A stretch of 36,127 nt of DNA from an uncultured Gammaproteobacteria bacterium (GTDB lineage Bacteria > Pseudomonadota > Gammaproteobacteria > UBA4575): contig CAWUWP010000108.1 in assembly GCA_963926275.1 (NCBI GenBank), forward strand, positions 1-36,127. The letters run 5' to 3'. The first letter of the stretch is position 1, and the number at the start of each line of letters is the position of its first letter. The notes under the pieces are model-generated. The model did no database searches and was not told the origin of the DNA. It saw only the letters and a program-made list of their open reading frames with translations. The translations under genes were made by a program, and so were the position numbers. Positions 30,910-36,127 of this stretch are shown here, piece by piece.

Positions 30910-32283
30910 ATGGACCTAACCTCCAGCATATTCCGCGCATACGACATTAGAGGTGTAGTTAAAACTGACTTACGCCCTGATGTCGTTCTTCTTATCGGTA
31001 AAGCCATTGGCACGCTTTACCCAGATTGCAAAAAAGTGGTAGTTGGACGAGATGGCCGCCTCACCAGTAAAGAACTTTCTGATAACTTAATTAAAGGGTT
31101 ACGTTCCACCGGTGTAGATGTTATCGACATTGGTGAAGTCCCTACACCGGTTCTATATTACGCGACGCACTCTCTCATTACAGGTTCAGGCTTAATGGTC
31201 ACAGGCAGCCATAATCCACCAGAATATAATGGCATTAAAATGGTCATGGGTGAAAAGACTTTATTTGGCGATATGATTCAAGAGATCTACTCCTGCATCG
31301 AACAAGCAAACTTCAGAACTGGCAATGGCAGCATTGAAGAGATTAATGTATTAGATGATTATCATGACACTATCTGTAAAGAAATTAAATTAAAGCGACC
31401 ACTATCGATAGCCATAGATTGCGGTAATGGTGTTACCGGACCCACTGCCATTAAATTATTTAACGGATTAGGTTGCAGTAATATCGATGAATTATTCTGT
31501 GATATTGATGGTACCTTTCCAAATCATCACCCCAACCCGAGTGAACCAGAGAATCTAAAAGACCTTATTAAGACGGTCATTGATCACAAATTAGATCTGG
31601 GTTTAGCTTTTGATGGCGATGGTGATCGCGTCGGCATTGTTGATGAAAACGGCGAAGTCTTATGGGCTGATCGTCAAATGATGTTATATGCAAAAGATGT
31701 ACTATCGCGAAATCCAGGAGCAGAAATTATATTTGATGTAAAGTCATCACGTAATTTAGCTAGCTATATTGAGCAAGCAGGCGGCAAAGCCACCATGTGG
31801 AAGACGGGGCATTCATTTATCAAAAATAAAATGAAAGAAACGGGTGCTTTGTTAGCAGGTGAGATGAGTGGTCATATTTTCTTCAAAGAGCGTTGGTATG
31901 GTTTTGATGATGGTCTCTATTCGGCAGCACGTATGTTAGAAATTCTTGCGGCAGATTCAAGACCTGTCAGTGAAATATTTGCTGAATTACCTAATGATGT
32001 CAGCACTCCCGAGATAACCATTACTCTAGATACTGACGGTGCTCAGCATGAATTTATTAAAAAATTCGTAGCTCAGTCAACCTTTATTGGCGCGACATTA
32101 TTGACTATTGATGGGGTTCGCGCAGATTTCGATTATGGATGGGGTTTAGTCCGTGCTTCAAATACAACACCTTCATTGGTACTTCGCTTTGAAGCCGAAA
32201 GTGAAGAAAAATTACAACGTCTAAAAGATAATTTTAAGACTCAGATTCTTTCAGTTGACTCAACGATTAATTTACCTTTTTAA
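30910..32283 (+). CDS. algC: Phosphomannomutase/phosphoglucomutase
   Basis: FRAYDIRG, TGSHNP, DGDGDR, GEMSGH, RASNT; between dut and argB. Confidence 0.93.
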   Translation: MDLTSSIFRAYDIRGVVKTDLRPDVVLLIGKAIGTLYPDCKKVVVGRDGRLTSKELSDNLIKGLRSTGVDVIDIGEVPTPVLYYATHSLITGSGLMVTGSHNPPEYNGIKMVMGEKTLFGDMIQEIYSCIEQANFRTGNGSIEEINVLDDYHDTICKEIKLKRPLSIAIDCGNGVTGPTAIKLFNGLGCSNIDELFCDIDGTFPNHHPNPSEPENLKDLIKTVIDHKLDLGLAFDGDGDRVGIVDENGEVLWADRQMMLYAKDVLSRNPGAEIIFDVKSSRNLASYIEQAGGKATMWKTGHSFIKNKMKETGALLAGEMSGHIFFKERWYGFDDGLYSAARMLEILAADSRPVSEIFAELPNDVSTPEITITLDTDGAQHEFIKKFVAQSTFIGATLLTIDGVRADFDYGWGLVRASNTTPSLVLRFEAESEEKLQRLKDNFKTQILSVDSTINLPF

Positions 32284-33790
<1,507 letters not shown>

Positions 33791-33861
33791 ATTGTTCGTG
33801 ACTATAACAAGGTATTCCTAGTTGAAACTTTCGATTGGATCATTAATTTTCCAGGGAGTTC

Positions 33862-34500
33862 TCAATCAATGCCATAAGTTTGTCGATAGGATGTCAATTG
33901 TTCCAGTTGGCTGGAAAGATCGTCATGAGTTTTGGCGAATTCCAACAAATCCTGTAATTTTGCGATGGCTAAAACAGGAATATTGTAGGCTTTTTCAATT
34001 TCTTGAATGGCACTTTTACCTTCAGGACCCTTTTCTTGACGATCAAGTGCAACTAATACTGCGGCCGGCTCGGCGCCCGCCTCTTGTATAAGGTCCATAC
34101 TCTCACGAATCGCTGTTCCGGCCGTAATCACATCATCGACTATGACTATTCGTCCCGCCAGCGGAGCACCGATTAACTTTCCTGCTTCACCATGGGTTTT
34201 AGCTTCTTTGCGATTAAATGTGACACCCACTGAACGCTGATATTGGCTATCTAGGGCGATCGAGGCTGCCGTAGCCAGCGGTATGCCTTTATAAGCAGGG
34301 CCAAACAGTAGGTCAAATGATATTCCCGCCTGGATCAGGGTGCTGGCATAGTACCGACCCAAGGCATTAAAGGCCGCGCCTTGATTGAATTTTCCCGCGT
34401 TAAAAAAGTAAGGACTAATGCGTCCAGATTTTAGTGTAAATTCTCCAAACTGTAATGCCTCGTTTTCGAGAGCAAATTCCACAAATGATGCTGCATTCAT
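33862..34500 (-). CDS. pyrE: Orotate phosphoribosyltransferase
   Basis: FTLKSGRISPYFFN, GPAYKGIP, NRKEAK.HGE, VDDVITAGT. Confidence 0.98.
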   Translation of the reverse strand: MNAASFVEFALENEALQFGEFTLKSGRISPYFFNAGKFNQGAAFNALGRYYASTLIQAGISFDLLFGPAYKGIPLATAASIALDSQYQRSVGVTFNRKEAKTHGEAGKLIGAPLAGRIVIVDDVITAGTAIRESMDLIQEAGAEPAAVLVALDRQEKGPEGKSAIQEIEKAYNIPVLAIAKLQDLLEFAKTHDDLSSQLEQLTSYRQTYGID

Positions 34501-34579
34501 AATATTTCAAGTCTAATGATAGTTGTTTTTCAGCATGCTAAAGTAAGCGTCTCCTTTTAACAATCTCACCTATTTTCCA

Positions 34580-35365
34580 TTGTCGACTACTAAAATAATT
34601 TCGTTGAATGCCAACGGCATTCGAGCTGCGGCCAGAAAAGGTTTTTTTGATTGGTTACCCCAACAAGACGCTGATGTTGTGTGTATTCAAGAAACCAAGG
34701 CACAATTTCACCAATTAGAAGCAGATCCTAGTTTCTTCCCTCATGGCTATCATCATTATTACGTTGATGCACAGAAAAAAGGTTACAGTGGAGTGGCTAT
34801 TTATTGTCGCAAAAAACCCACTAAAGTTATTACTAAACTAGGTGTTGAAGAATTTGACAATGAAGGCAGATACTTAGAAGTACAATTTGACGATATCGCG
34901 GTTGTGTCTCTCTATGCACCTTCTGGCTCTTCAGGCGAAGAAAGGCAACAGGCCAAATTTCGATTCATGGAAGTGTTTATGCAACATTTAAAGTCTCTTA
35001 AACGACGCAAACGTGAATACATTATTTGTGGGGATTGGAATATTGCCCATAAAGAGATCGATTTAAAGAATTGGAAAGGAAATAAAAAGAATTCAGGCTT
35101 CTTACCAGTGGAGCGTGCCTGGCTGGATGATCTTTTCAATAAAGAAAATTATGTGGATGCCTTTCGCGAAGTTAATCAACAGCAAGATCAATTTACCTGG
35201 TGGTCAAATCGAGGACAAGCCTGGGCAAATAATGTCGGCTGGAGAATTGATTATCAAATCGCTACGCCAGGCTTAAAAGGATTGGCCACTTCAGAGTCCA
35301 TTTACAAAGATCAACGCTTCTCGGATCACGCACCACTTATTTTGAATTACAAACTTTCATTGTAA
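34580..35365 (+). CDS. xth: Exodeoxyribonuclease III / AP endonuclease (Crc-related)
   Basis: NANGIRA, CIQETK, GYSGVA, GDWNIAH, WRIDY, SDHAP; TTG start. Confidence 0.9.
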   Translation: MSTTKIISLNANGIRAAARKGFFDWLPQQDADVVCIQETKAQFHQLEADPSFFPHGYHHYYVDAQKKGYSGVAIYCRKKPTKVITKLGVEEFDNEGRYLEVQFDDIAVVSLYAPSGSSGEERQQAKFRFMEVFMQHLKSLKRRKREYIICGDWNIAHKEIDLKNWKGNKKNSGFLPVERAWLDDLFNKENYVDAFREVNQQQDQFTWWSNRGQAWANNVGWRIDYQIATPGLKGLATSESIYKDQRFSDHAPLILNYKLSL

Positions 35366-35381
35366 TTAATTCGCGGAATTT

Positions 35382-36127
35382 ATGAATAATAATCTCCGTT
35401 CAAATACAGTTGCTTTATTTTTCCTGGGCATCTCTTCAGGTCTACCAATACTTTTAGTATTCGGAACGCTTTCTGTATGGCTGAGAGAAGCTGGCATTGA
35501 ACGTGCCACTATTGGTTTTTTAAGTTGGGCGGGACTTTCTTATGGGTTCAAATTCATATGGGCACCTATTGTAGATAGTTTATCTATTCCGATATTAACT
35601 TCGCGCTTTGGCAGGCGTCGTTCATGGATGCTTGTCTCACAAGCGACAGTTATTGCTGCCCTAATATGGATGTCGTTATGGGATCCTCAACAAACTCATT
35701 TGAATTTTATTTTGCTTGCATCTGGAGCTGTATTACTAGGCTTTGCATCCGCCACTCAAGATATTGTGATTGATGCTTATCGAATTGATATTGCTCCAAA
35801 TGACCAACAAGCATTATTAGCTGGTATTACTATTGCGGGTTATCGAATTGGCATGTTATTCGCTGGTGCTGGCGCATTAGAAATAAGTGCATGGGTAGGT
35901 GAAGAAAATAGCTACGACTTTGCTTCTTGGCAACTGGCCTACTTATGCATGTCAGGATTTATGATCATCGGTGTTGTTACTACATTGATAATTAAAGAGC
36001 CCCAAGTAGATATCTTACGCACACCCATCACCAGTCAATTGAGATTATTTTTACATTTCTTATTAATCGTTGCTGCTTTTGTTGTTGCTTTTATTGCTCT
36101 TGGTGGCTTATTTAGTTATCTCAAGTC
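35382..36127 (+). CDS. ampG: AmpG muropeptide MFS permease (partial, runs off the window's right edge)
   Basis: Hand translation is open to the window end: LGISSGLP, KFIWAPIVD, GRRRSW, SATQDIVIDAYRI. Confidence 0.92.
   Translation, partial: MNNNLRSNTVALFFLGISSGLPILLVFGTLSVWLREAGIERATIGFLSWAGLSYGFKFIWAPIVDSLSIPILTSRFGRRRSWMLVSQATVIAALIWMSLWDPQQTHLNFILLASGAVLLGFASATQDIVIDAYRIDIAPNDQQALLAGITIAGYRIGMLFAGAGALEISAWVGEENSYDFASWQLAYLCMSGFMIIGVVTTLIIKEPQVDILRTPITSQLRLFLHFLLIVAAFVVAFIALGGLFSYLK

Overview
AT-rich, densely packed core-genome segment of a gammaproteobacterium. In order it holds the 3' end of a divergent flagellin-like gene, hisBHAF with dtd and pip, ttcA and a lipid A acyltransferase, the def-fmt-DUF4390-ntrY-ntrX-trkA-trkH cluster (rsmB absent), tsaP(LysM)-dprA-smg-topA-tsaC-hemF-hemB-aroE, yrdA, ubiA, comF, bioB-bioF, radC, coaBC-dut-algC-argB, DUF4124, pyrE, xth (Crc-like) and a partial ampG. 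I see no mobile element, RNA gene, CRISPR array or defence island, and nothing I can support as a wholly new multi-gene system. The strongest signal is selective damage to genes linked to type IV pili and natural transformation. tsaP has three frameshifts, one with a microhomology-deletion signature. dprA has a frameshift, radC has an in-frame TAG, and comF has altered motifs. The only housekeeping gene with a broken frame is topA, whose frameshift lies in an A-run and may be a sequencing error. Also notable are a 14-bp hairpin burying the dprA ribosome-binding site, a 22-bp palindrome where rsmB usually sits upstream of DUF4390-ntrYX, and an NtrX with a degenerate AAA+ domain. All gene calls come from motif recognition and remembered synteny; no database search was run.
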